Assembly: GCA_002189035.1 (NCBI GenBank) | Contig: NEEC01000002.1 | Location: 5,146,001-5,210,000 of the forward strand | DNA: 64,000 bases | Source of the DNA: Utricularia gibba | Lineage: Eukaryota > Plantae > Magnoliophyta | Reading direction: 5' to 3' | In this document: positions 16,248-28,562 of the stretch, in pieces | Position numbering within the stretch: position 1 is the stretch's first letter | Layout: each line of letters opens with the position of its first letter | Notes under the pieces: generated by a model | The model's input: the letters and a program-made list of their open reading frames with translations, nothing else | Database searches by the model: none | Told to the model about the DNA's origin: nothing | Position numbers and translations under genes: made by a program

Positions 16248-17090
16248 TCATGCTTCCACAACAACAGCTTCTAGCTCAAAACTAACTTCATTTGCAGGCT
16301 GAGGGCGCCTGTCTGGCAGGATCTTCAGATTTGCTGAATCTTTTCTCACCCTGCGATGCACAGCATCATCGGTGGCCAAGATACCTTTGATCTGCCTTTT
16401 TGATGATCCGCGATAATGATTCGCTTTAATTTTCACTTTCGATGAACTGGTGTCGGGGAGCATAGAAGAGACGGCGATGGACACAACAAGCGTAACCGAA
16501 TCAGCGGCTGTCAGTGAATGGAATGTGATGAGACATGATTTCAGGTTCCTGGTATGAGTGGCTCTTGGGACATGAAGGGCGATCATCCAGATTGAGAAAT
16601 ACAAATAGATGAGCCCATATATTATCTGGACAACTCTGTTAGAAAGCCACCCTTTAGCTATCTTCCATTTGGCATGGAACCACCCTTCCTTGGAACCCCG
16701 CAACCGGCAACGTCGTTTGTGACGGCGGCTCAAGAACCGGTTTGATGGAGAGGGCGTAAACATACAGGCATAGGGGGCAGCCTTCACTAGAATGAACCAG
16801 AAGCTGGCTTGATCCATTTCACTACTGAAACTCCCGAGAGCAACACTCCCGCAAAAAAGGATCAAAGCTCCTAGGAGCCTCCTCCAACTCATAGCCACAG
16901 CTGATTTGGTGTGGTTAGTTACTTTGGGTACAAGCAGAGCAGGCGGCGTCGCCCTAAGAACTTGGAAGAGAATGCGAATTTAAGACCTAAGGCCGAGGCT
17001 TCGCCGCTGGGAGGCTGATGATGAGGGCCGAGGTGCTGATTGTTGCTCTATCGTGTGGCATTCTTCATACCAAAGAGGTGGGTTGCGGCT
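16248..17090 (-). pseudogene. Unassigned putative multi-pass membrane protein, open frame with one internal TAA (16980-16982); 214 aa from ATG at 16892
   Basis: ORFs 16980-17243 and 16248-16898 are in the same frame with 27 open codons between them. Hydrophobic segments LLGALILFCGSVALG, VQIIYGLIYLYFSIWMIALHV, TLVVSIAVSSML. Paralogous to 26530-26800. Confidence 0.5.
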
Positions 17091-19045
17091 CTTGCTATTG
17101 AAGGAAAAAAAGAAGAAGACGAAGAAAAGGAGATGGGGTGCCCGCTGGTGACTACAAAACGGGAAGGAAAGAGGTGGGGGTGGCTGAGGGCAGGAACAAT
17201 GTATGAGATGCCAATCTGCATTCTGCACCCCACACACCTGCAATAGTTACTGGTCTTGCGAAAATGTGTGGAGTAGTGACACCAAAAGGGCATTATTGGA
17301 ACATCAATGACGCACGACTTGTTTCCTATTTTTTGTTTGTTCACACCAAGGAAATGCTTGCTAAGTCGCTTTTTGTTGCCTTGTGAATTAGTTGTGCAAA
17401 CTTTGTTGGAAGATAAATATATGCCGGCTGAGTTTTCAAAGTCATCCTTTCCAGTAGTAAAGTATTAGCTGATGGCTGATGCCCTTCTCCATGTCACCGG
17501 AGAACTGAGCTGAGCTGAGCTGAGCGGACGACATGTTTAGAATAATGGTGTTGGTGTGCCCTCCGCGGCAGCTTCATGGAAACACCCATGTAGGAGGCTT
17601 CATCCCTCCAGGCTCCATCACCATTTTTATAATGGATTGATGTGACTTATCCTTGCTCCTCCCAACTCCCAAACATAATGTTTTCATGTTCAAAAAGTGA
17701 TTATTTGTGAAAATATATTTTCCCGACTACAACACATCTAAAACTTAAAACACACAAAAATCACCAATTTTAATTTTGTACCATTGTTACTCCTCTAAAA
17801 AGCAACTTGTAGAATTGTTATTTTTTATGATAATTCTGTAAATACACAAAACTTATAATTAATAAATAAAAGTTGTCTTATAGCAAATTCATGTCAGATT
17901 TTTTTAAGACAGTAAAAGTAAATAAAAAATAAAATAAAAATAGGTGTAAAATAATATAAAATAATATCTTTGGATCAAGAATACATTAATATAGAACCTC
18001 AAAGCTGTTTGTACAATTTTTACAGATATTTTAAATTATTGCTCCTCGAAAAATGTTATAATACCGTACTTCATTTAATTTAGGCAACCTAGATGCTCAC
18101 AAACATGTTTAGGTCAATTATGTTCTGTCAATGATATTTGATTCAGTGTTTTGGATTTTTTCATATATCTTTAGGGTTCGTTGGTAATCAAGGGCCGGGA
18201 CCGGGGTGGTGATTGCTGCTCTATTGTGTCATACCAAAGAGGTGGGGTTGCCGGCTCTGAAAACAAAACAAAAAACAAAAAACAAAACGAAAGCACAAGC
18301 ACGGTGAGAAGAGAACTGGAACTGGCCTTCTGGATGAGTTGTGTGCAAACTTACAATAAATTTATGATGGCTGACTTTTCAACCTGATCCTCCCAGCCCA
18401 ATCATGTCAGCCTCAGCCATGTATCTAGATTTATAATTAGCCCTGCTGCGGGCTTGGCGGCAACTTCACGGAAAGTGCTTATCCCCCAGTTGCCACCACC
18501 ATTTTTATAATGGATTGATGTGCCATATTGTAAGACAATCAGAATCACTACTTTTCATTTTCAAAAACTCATTATTTTTCCCAACTACAACACATCTAAA
18601 ACTTGTAGGATTGCTATTTTTTATAATAATTCTTTAAGTACACAACATTGTAAGTAATAAATAAAAATTTAACTTACAATAAATTTATTTCCGATGTTTG
18701 CAAGACAAGCTAAAGTAAATAAATCAATAAATAAATAAAAATGGTGTAAAATAATATAAAATATTATCTTTGGACCAACGGTACATTCGTGTGGAAGCTC
18801 AAAATTGTTTGCATTATTTTCAGAGATATTTTAAATTTTGCTGCTAGAATTATTTCATTTTCCATGATAACTCATGTTTTTTTCCTCATATATGATTTTA
18901 ATTTATACAGTTTACATGCCCAAAGACATGCTTAGGTCAATTGTGCTTTGTCAATAATATTTGATTTAGTGTTTTTCCTTTTGTGCTTGAAATATGAATA
19001 TTTTGGATTTTTTCATATGTCTTTAGAATTCATTGTTAATCAAGG
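17025..19045. repeat. Diverged direct tandem duplication (~17025-18195 and ~18190-19045) of the 5'/promoter part of the unassigned gene
   Basis: CCATTTTTATAATGGATTGATGTG at 17621 and 18499. TTTTGGATTTTTTCATAT..AATCAAGG at ~18150 and ~19001. CATACCAAAGAGGTGG at ~17066 and ~18231. Confidence 0.85.
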
Positions 19046-20152
19046 ACATGTGATAACATAAACAAAATCAAAACCTCAAAAAATATAGTAAAACATAATA
19101 TATGAATAAACTTTCGTAAGCATGACTTCATTATATATTGTTAGTTAGAAATACTCAAGCGCATATCTTTGACAATAAAAATATTTTAAAAAAATACAAA
19201 AAATATGAAAAGTGAAAAAAAAAAGACTGATAAAAAAATATCTTTAATAATTGAAAGGAAGAGGTTTTTATATAGAAAAGATTTAAATCTCTTGCTAGAT
19301 TTGATTGATGAGTTGGTATCAAATATTTATCTCTCAAAATTTGTAAGATTTTATTCAAATCTTTGTGCGGGCTTAAAATTTTGGATCAAATCTTTATTTT
19401 TCATGCAACTTGGGTCTTCTTATAAGTGTGAACTTGTAAGATTGAAGTATCTTAAGCAAATGTTAAAAGTATAACAAAATATAAAAGAGTAGTTTGCGAT
19501 AAGTGAGTGAAATATAAGCACACTTCATGTGAAAAAATGATACAAAATGGTGCTAGTTCCCCATACTTTAATAATAACTTATTTTTGAAGTTTTAAAAAA
19601 TATAATCTAAATCAATCATATCCCGAAAAGTGAAATTATCTTCCATTTAGACACTTCACATATGCTGTACTACATGTGCATTCACCAATCATGCATTCTC
19701 AACTCGTTGATATAGAATCCAGCATTGCATAAGAATGGTAGTGCTTGTCAATCAAATCTCTACGAAAATTTTAAATTTTATTTCTACAAAACCATATCTC
19801 AATAAATTAAATTGATAGCATTAACTATTTGTAAAATATAAAATAATTATCTTACTAAAATCAATTTTATTGCGTAAACCAAATAAAGAAACAAACAAAC
19901 TTGTTTTTTTTAGATAATGACAAACAAATTATATCTTGATAGTGAATCAAGATGACTGTTATGGGAATGCATAAAAAATGAAAACAAATCTTTTTAATTT
20001 CCCACCAAGTTTCTGTATTTTAAATTACTTGTAAATTTATTTTGAAAGAATTTTTTAATTTCATAAATTTTATCTCATCTAAATTTGAACTTTGCTGCAA
20101 TAAAAGATAGTTTGAATTAAAAACTAAAAATCAATACATTTCATATGTTTTG

Positions 20153-21543
20153 TGATAAACAGAAATTTTAGCAATATCATTGCAATTAAAACAAATCTCC
20201 GTATCAAATAAATTTATAGTCCCTAATCCTCATAAAATACAAATTTAGAAAACTTATATAGTAGATGTCGGGGTTAATCACAAAGAGCTTGTGCTTGTCA
20301 TGTATTTCAATAGATATAGAATTCAAAGTAACGGTAAGTGTTAGTCTAAACTCGCACTAATAGTGGTAAACAAGTTCGGTAAATAAGATCAGTAAACAAT
20401 ATCAGCTCTCAACGTTAAAGGTAACAAGTATTGGTTCTAATTCAGAGTAATACTAAGATGCCTTAAGGGTCTGTAGGTGGTATGATGCCAAAATCCTTAA
20501 TTTAATCTATCATATTCCTACACTCACAACTTCAAATAACCTAAGTCTACTTAGGTCATTCATCATATTTTCGGCTAAACTAGTTCCTCATATCATCACC
20601 AACATTGCAATTAGGTCTACCTACATGCAAAGCATATAGAACTAGGTCTACCCGTTTCTACTAGTTCTATCCCGGACTAACACCTTTTGCTCCCGTCTTA
20701 ATTTGTTGGTCTACCTCTAAATCAAGCATTTAAGTTATGAAGCTATTTGTTCCCCTCCTTAGGTCTACCCATGGCTTAATAGAAACAAGAGCTAAGAAAT
20801 AATGGTGAATTTCATTAAGACTCCTAGACCCACACCACCATGTTTCAACTTAAGGCACATCTAGGGCTTTAGCTACTCATATTTGGAAGGTAAAAAGTAA
20901 TGACATTAACATAAAACAACGAAAATGTTAAGAACATCGTGCAGAAGTTGGTTGAAGAAATTGAAAACATAAACAAACTAAAGTAAAGCAGTAAGGGTTT
21001 TGTTTTCCGTCTACAATTGCTCACAGGTCGGAACAGTAGCGTTGAACTAGGTTTTGATCTTCTTCCTTCAACCTGGAGGTTCTTCTCCAGAAAAATTGTC
21101 TTTCTTTCTCCTTCTCCTTTAGTATTCTTCGTGTTTGAGTTGGGAGAAAAGCCCCCTCGTGTGTGTTTTGAAAATTTTGCTTGTCCTCCTCCTCCTCTTT
21201 CTCTCGCTTTCCACTGCCCAAGACAAGTACATTCTCTGACAAATCTAATGCTCCTAACCCTGATTTTCAGACTGCTGCCGTGGCACTGCACTCATTGCCC
21301 CCTGTAGCCTAGTGACTTGCACGAAATCCAGATTTTTTCCTTGATTTTAGGGTTGCTACTAGACTCAAAAATTGGGTTAGAACATGTGGTGAACTAAATC
21401 AAAGGATTTAGCCCACTAGTACACCAAAAATCACATTTTTCCTAATCAAATAAAAATACTTAAAACTATAAAATTAACAACTAAACATAATTAAAAATTT
21501 ATGATTTTCATATCATAAAAATAGGAAAATTTGCGTGCTATCA
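20153..21543 (-). mobile_element. Solo LTR (same family as 4922-6290), 1391 bp, with 5-bp TSD TTTTG
   Basis: Termini TGATAAAC...TGCTATCA. TTTTG at 20148-20152 and 21544-21548. No PBS or PPT adjacent. Confidence 0.92.
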
Positions 21544-21749
21544 TTTTGTCTTGTACAAGTGTTCATCATATCATGTTTTTGTTAGCTCTTTGTACAACTT
21601 AAATGGAAAGTTCCAATGTAGTGATTGAATGCATATAATTTTCATCAAAGTTTTCTTGAGTTTCTCTATCATACAAAAGAAATTTTTGTAAAAATAAAAA
21701 ATATATATATTCTCCAACCAAATTCTTTTTATGTGAGAATTAGCTCCCC

Positions 21750-22100
21750 CTTTTTATTTCCTGTTTCGAAGCTCATTTCAAACTCATTATAATTATCATC
21801 ACTCCAATCTCTTTTAGAATGGAGTTAATCCGCCATTGTGAACTTTTGAAATTGGATATGGTGCAATAAATGGCATCCTCACATTTGTTTATGACATAAA
21901 AAAACTCTTAAGTCTACTAATCACCTCAAACATAAATTCACAATAATCTTATTTATATTCTATTCTTCCAAAAACTCTATAACTCAATAGTGAATGGAGC
22001 TTCTTGAGCTCAAATGCAACAATGTTCTTTTGGATCCTCATCAATTAAGATTGCCATTATTGAAACCTTTTCCTTATCTTTTGCCTACTCATATGATTTG
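21750..22100 (-). mobile_element. Highly decayed Ty3/gypsy reverse-transcriptase remnant
   Basis: Minus strand AGGATGCCATTT (RMPF) followed by TTTCAAAAGTTCACAATGGCG, resembling RMPFGL..FQRCMMAI. No open frame. Confidence 0.4.
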
Positions 22101-25100
22101 TGAGTGACTTCTTCAATATAATGTAAGTTGACTGCTCTTGGATGCATGTATAAAATACTTTTTTACTTTGAACCATTGTGTAAAGTTGGCAACTTGTGTT
22201 GCTGGAACATGATAAACAAAGAATTCTAAATCATTGCAAAATAATTGAATTTTCATATCAAATAAATTTTTAAATCTCAAGTTTTTATCAAATTTAATTC
22301 AAATAAAAGATTAAAGTGAATTGGAGTCGAATACATCTAGTTTTAGTATATGAATGTTCATACATTCAAGTTTAACAATTGATTTTAAGTCTAAATTGAA
22401 ATTAACAAAACTCAAACTGCAACACTTGATGTAAAAGTAATAAATAGGATAATTCAATTATTAACTCTAATATATCAAATATAATGTCTCAAAGTTTCAA
22501 ATACATTGTGTTCAATTGAATTCTTATTCTAATATTTCTAAAAGTCTATTTATAATAAAAGTATTTAAGTTTACCTAAATTTCTTCTTTTTAATTTTTGG
22601 TTTAAGGTTTTTGAGGTTTCCAAGATTCTCTTAATTTTACTCTTATCATATTGTAAGATTTATAAGGTCAATACTCTATCCTATCCAATTGATCTCAATC
22701 GAAAAAGTCCACCCATTAATCACTTTCTAACTTTTGATATACCACTAACTTAGTATCTTTAAATTAAATGTTACCATCATCCTAAATTTATTCAAGTTTG
22801 TTAAGATAATAAGACATAAATATAGTTAGAGTAGACTTGAATTCAATGTGCACACCTTCCTCTTTTTACTTAAGTCATTTTTTAAATTTAGTTATTTTTA
22901 TAAAGGCAAATAAAACACAACCAAAAAAATATACAGACATCATCTTCATAATAACAATTATGTGAATATAAAATAAACAATAAGCAAAACATTATAGTTG
23001 ATGTGATTCTCTTGTGTGTAGCATGGAAGCTCAATTGTCCATTGAATTTCCAAATCATCCAACTCAGTTTCCAACATTTGATTTTTAATTATAAGTTACC
23101 CCAATCAAAAATACACTTCATTGGATTGTTGAATCTACTTCATTGAATTGAATATGTATAGTTTCACTGAACTTGGTTTGCTTTTCGATGAATTCACTCG
23201 TCATATTTGTTAATGATGACCGTTGAGTTTGTCTCTAATGCTGATTTTAGTTGTGCTTATTGTCAAGTCTATTCATCCAATTATCTCCTTACACAAGTAC
23301 ATAAGTGTGTATTGCATAAAGATACTCTCATTGCTCACAAAGTTTTCCTCTAATTCTTCATCTTCATAATCATTTTCAATCTTCATACTTTGAACTTGAT
23401 GATGAATAAAATTGATATCTAATTCATTTATTGATATCATATATTTTTTCATAATCAGAATATCCATCCTTATTGTCAATAATAATGTTGTTTATATCTT
23501 GATAATATTCAATATCATTACAGCAATCATGATATTTGCTATCAATTCTTTCTTTACTACAATAATGATATGTTGCTAAAAATGTTCTATAAGTGCCCTT
23601 GTTTTTTGTAGGTACTTGCACCAGGTTCAGGGTTGAGGGTTTACGATAAATTGAACGATGATTGTATGATGTGTAGTTATTATGTTTCTTAGCTTTGCAC
23701 CTACTTACACTAAATTCTTCATGACGAAAAACTTGTTTCCTTTGCTCAGAGTGTATTCTAGAATTTTTGTTTCTACAATTACTTTGTCGAAACATATTTT
23801 CTTCTTTATAACATTATTATAAAAGCCAATTTCTTTGATCTAGTTCCCTGATAAATTCTCTTGATTTCAGGATTAAATCTTACAGTTTGATCAATCGTAG
23901 CATCTCTACACAAGCAAATGATGAAGAAAATAAAAATATAATGAAGAGATTATTTTTTGACAAAATCAAAAGTAAACCACTCTCCAATAAACACATTAAG
24001 AACATAATTGTAATTCTTCAATTGTAAGGAAATTATTGAAGTAATAAAAAAAGATTATATACATATGAAATTGATTTTTAGATTTTTTTAAATAAATAAA
24101 AAAACAAAATGATGAATGTAAAACAATGAAAAATAATGATTTTGTATAAAAACTCCACCAAAAAATTCACCCTTGCATGTGTTCCACAAACTTAATAATT
24201 GACCCATATGTACAAGTTTCAAATATATTATTGTAAAGTATTGCTATTCAATAATATTTGTTATATTATTACTCATTTAGTAGCAATATAGAAATAATCC
24301 TATTACTTGAATCATTTTGATTCTCATGATAATTCAAGTTTTTTATACATTCGATTATAAACTTAGACTTCATGCCCTTACACATATGTTAAATTAAATA
24401 TATCTTGACAATAATGTTTGATTGAAACTTTTTTTTAGGTACTTGATATTAATCTAGATTTGTCTTGTATATACTTAACGCTCAATGGCAATGAAGCAAA
24501 GGTTAATAGTAAAATTTTTATATAAAACGAAATCCAAATATCAAATTAAATATAAAAAAATATTATAAAACATCCTCATATGCACAAGATTATGCAAATT
24601 TGGCTTCATCAATTAAATACCTAAACATACATACTCAACCCTAAAATATTAAATAATATGAAAAATAAAAAGGAAAAAATGGTCAAAATACAATTCTAAT
24701 GATTTAATAATAGATTAAAAAATTGAACCGAAAATATTATAAATATTCATAAAATATATTTTTCTCAAAAAAAAAAACAAATTGATATAATAAATGCAAA
24801 GTTAATAAAAAATATTTAAAATGACTTTAAAGAATAATATTAAATCATGTTTTTGAAATAACACACAATTATTCATCATTTTTTCTAATAGTTAATAATA
24901 TTTGTTGTCAAAATAATTGATAAGTGATTCTTTGTCAATTATGTTTCTGTTTTTTACCACCCACATTGATTAGTTTTGTATCATTTTTATCTTAATTTCC
25001 TTATGTTTTTAAATGAATTTTATATCTTTTATGTGATTTTGATCTTTTTGGAGTACAAGTGTGATTTATGATTTTTCAAAATAATTTTGATATAATTTGG

Positions 25101-26149
25101 AAGATTTTCGAGTTGATTTTGGAGTAGTCAAAGATTTGGTCTATTCGAATGAAAACTCAATTAAAGATTTTCAGATAATATAAAATTTGCATCATATTAT
25201 AAAAGATTTGGATATAAGATTTGATATGAGCTTATCAAGAAAATTCGATAAATCATCATCATTATATAAAGACCAAAGACTGAGAATTAGAGAATCGAGT
25301 CAGTTTTAAGGTTTAGAGTTGAGTCTAGTATATTTGGATTCTTCTCCTTTCATTTTTCATTAACTTGTATTGTTTAGAGTTGGGCATGCACGTGTGAGCG
25401 CTTATGGTTAATGATTTGTGGTAAAACCTTGCTTGCACAAGTCCTACATGTGTGACTGATTTATTATGTTTTTCAGTATTTAATTTGAAGTTTGATTTTT
25501 TTTTTTCACAACGTGTTTTTTAGTACCATATAACCCTAAATAAGTGTGGAAAAATAAAAAAATTGACCTCAAACATCTAAAAAGAAGGGTACAACTAAAC
25601 ATCGTTGGCAAGACATATTCTGTCTAATTTATCTGCAATGTGAGAGGTGTAACGGTTAGATTTGGGTGTGCGTAAAACATGGATTATCATAAAAGCTGAA
25701 ATGACTCTGGTGATTGCATAGTTCTATTAAACAAGGTATAGTGCTATGACAATCATCGAACAATACTATTTTAAAATAACAACTCCAAAACTTACGTAAT
25801 CAAGTCAGTATTCAAGGTTTATATACATACACAAAGATGAGTTTTAAGAAAGATGGATACTAAATCTAAATTTACTTTTATTTATAGTTTTAAAACCAAT
25901 CTTTCATTTTTTTTCGGTCTTTTGAGTCATTATTTTGAAAATAAAATTTCAATAACATTTTTTCATGGATATAATCTTATTTTATTATTTTGATGTTTTA
26001 TGTACATTTGTAAAATTAACATCAATAATGATAATTTAAAAGATTATAATGAGCTACTGCACCGTAAATAAGATTATCTTAACTTGGGACAGGTTTACTA
26101 TGAATTTCAGATTGTTGACTATGGAAAAAAAATATTCTCAAAATTTCTA

Positions 26150-26880
26150 CGAATTATGAACCTTGCGACCTCATTTGAAAGAGGGATACACTCGTTCTAA
26201 TATCTTTCCTGGGAACAATTGTTACATGAAAGATGACCTTAGTGTACTGTAGCAAGGCAAAGCAGAGCCTTTCGAGACTAGGGGATGGATGTATATGAAT
26301 CCCCATCTCCTCGTCTAAGCGACTGAAGATACTGGGCATTCATGACATCAGCCTAAGTTGACGACAACGTTCTTGAGCATGTTGTTTTCTTGACCAAAGT
26401 CGGCGTTCATTGGGTTGAGAACGGCCGCACATGAAAATCTTCGATGCTGGTTTGCAGATTATAAGCTTCTGCAGACGATGTTGGTGAGGTCCTTGTTATT
26501 TTTCCACAATGTTTTCAATGTGCTCCTGGTCAAGGAAAGGCAGAAGTTCGTCGATTGGAGGAACCCTTTGGCTTCTTCTCCTCCTCCTCCTCCTCATATG
26601 GTGAATCTTCTGTGGCAAACGGGTGCATCTCAGGGCAATGGATGCTGCTGCTGCTGAGGATTGAAGAAACGATGGTTGACACCAGCCTCAAAGAATCAGT
26701 GCATACCAAAGGAATTAATAGCATCTGCCATGCTTTCATATTTTTTCTCTGAGGGCATGAACGGCGATCATCCAAAACAACAAGTATCAAACCATGTCTG
26801 ATGTTATTCATACCTTGGTATCCACTGATTCTGTCAGGCTGTCATCAACCATGAGCAGCAACACCCACTGTTAGAATAAT
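26150..26880 (-). pseudogene. Frameshifted paralog of the unassigned gene at 15444-17090
   Basis: WMIAVHALR vs WMIALHVPR; TDSLRLVSTIVSSIL vs ADSVTLVVSIAVSSML; KPKGSSNRR vs HYRGSSKRQ. The matching blocks lie in different frames, with stops. Confidence 0.6.
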
Positions 26881-27554
26881 AGTATTGAAGAAACGGTAAC
26901 TATCCCACATTGCTTATCTCAATTAGTTTATATTAGATGCCAATTCATTAGTTTTAATGGGTTTGAGAGTATGTTGAATCTCGTGTGCATGCAAGGCCGG
27001 AAACCCAAAAAGCTTATGTGCACTGAGTGCAAACCCACTCCAAAAGCCTACTGCATATGTGCAGACTAAGCTTATGTTTTGTCTAGAGTACATTAAGGTT
27101 TAAGGTTTATGTATATATTGGAGTCTCTGTGCTTCCGAACCTGGGTCTCGCTCAAGTTCGCAGCAGTGATGAGGGGAGTAATTGAGACTACAGGCCACAG
27201 CTTGGGAAGGGTTCATTCGAATCGATTGGATGAATATTTTCATACCCTGAGAGAGGAACTGAATCGGAACTCACCGAACATGCGGTAATAGGCAATCACC
27301 AGTACTATTTGTGTCATCATTCTAATGCTTTGCCTTGGAAGATCATTCGAATGATGTTGTGTCAAAATGAGTACTATTTGTGGTATTTTTAGTCTTAGGA
27401 TAATGAATTAGGCAAGTTAGAATTGAGAAAAATGTTTATACATGCGGCAATGGGCAAGTTGATGTATATACATGCGCGCTATGATCTTGGATTTTGTTTT
27501 GTGACCACGTCTCAGCCAAAGTAATAGGCATTTATTGTTTAGATTACTGCCAGC

Positions 27555-27670
27555 CCTTTCCTTGACCAGAAACTCACCGAACATCCTCTGCAGAAGATCC
27601 GCAAACCAGCATCCACCCTCTTGTCTCAAGAAGACCTGCGTGTGCACATTAAAAGAAACGGCAGATAATT
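27555..27670 (+). pseudogene. Inverted fragment of the same unassigned family
   Basis: cctttccttgaccag, ctcaccgaacatcctctgcagaag and gcaaaccagcatc match the reverse complement of 26444-26536. Confidence 0.65.
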
Positions 27671-28562
27671 TGTCTTTTTTTTTCATTAAATAGCACAAAT
27701 TCAATTTTATATAACTCCAAAGAGATGTTTATTTGTTACTCTTTACAATTGCTTACTTTATTTATATGTAACTTTATCTTGCTAGATTTTGCATCTTCTT
27801 TTACTATATACTTTTTAGAAAAATAAATGGATATTTTATGAATTTTTAAAACATTTTAAATTAAATTTGAAAAGAAATCAGTAAGTAATAATTCATAAAT
27901 TTGAGATTTCACAAATTCGAACTTACAAAAAGGCTCAAGTTGCATGAACATTGAAGATTTAACACAAGATCATAGGTCTACATTTGAATAAAATCTTTAA
28001 AGAATATATTTTAAAATTTGATTCAAATCCATTAAGTAAATCCAAAAAAATATTTAAATCTTATCTCTTATAAAAATTCATCTCTGTCAATAATTAGAGA
28101 CATGTATTGACTATTTTTTTTACTTTAACTTTTTGTATTTTCGGATTTTTCATATCTTAAAGTCAAATATGTACACTTAAATATTTGTGTGTTGGTACAA
28201 ATTGCTACATTTATTAATATTTTATAATTTGAAGTTTTGATTTTATTTTGCATAAAGTTTTCTTTGTCAACGTGTGTTTTCATTATTATTGAATTCTAAG
28301 AATTCATAAAAAAGAAATCTAAAATTGACCTTAGGCACTTACAAAAATCAAATAAACGTCATTCTCAAGACATGTTTGACCTGACATATTTTTGAGAATA
28401 TAAGTTTAGAGATTAGAATACAAAATATAAATTATTACGAGAAGTGTAATAACTTTGATGACATTGTTGCTTTTATAATTTTATTAAATGATGAATTTAA
28501 TGATATAACCATATCGAATAGCAATACTTTATAATAATATCATCAAAACTTATACTACTAAT

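Noticed and set aside
17055-17085. TGGCATTCT...AGGTGGG resembling miR394 and its star
   Set aside because: The two patches are only 11 nt apart, form no hairpin, and the mature sequence is incomplete
24918-25560. Possible additional Athila-type LTR starting TGATAAGTG
   Set aside because: No matching right terminus or TSD could be located; too decayed to delimit
27164-27250. GTGATGA...CTGA as a C/D-box snoRNA
   Set aside because: No terminal stem and no rRNA-complementary guide that I could recognise
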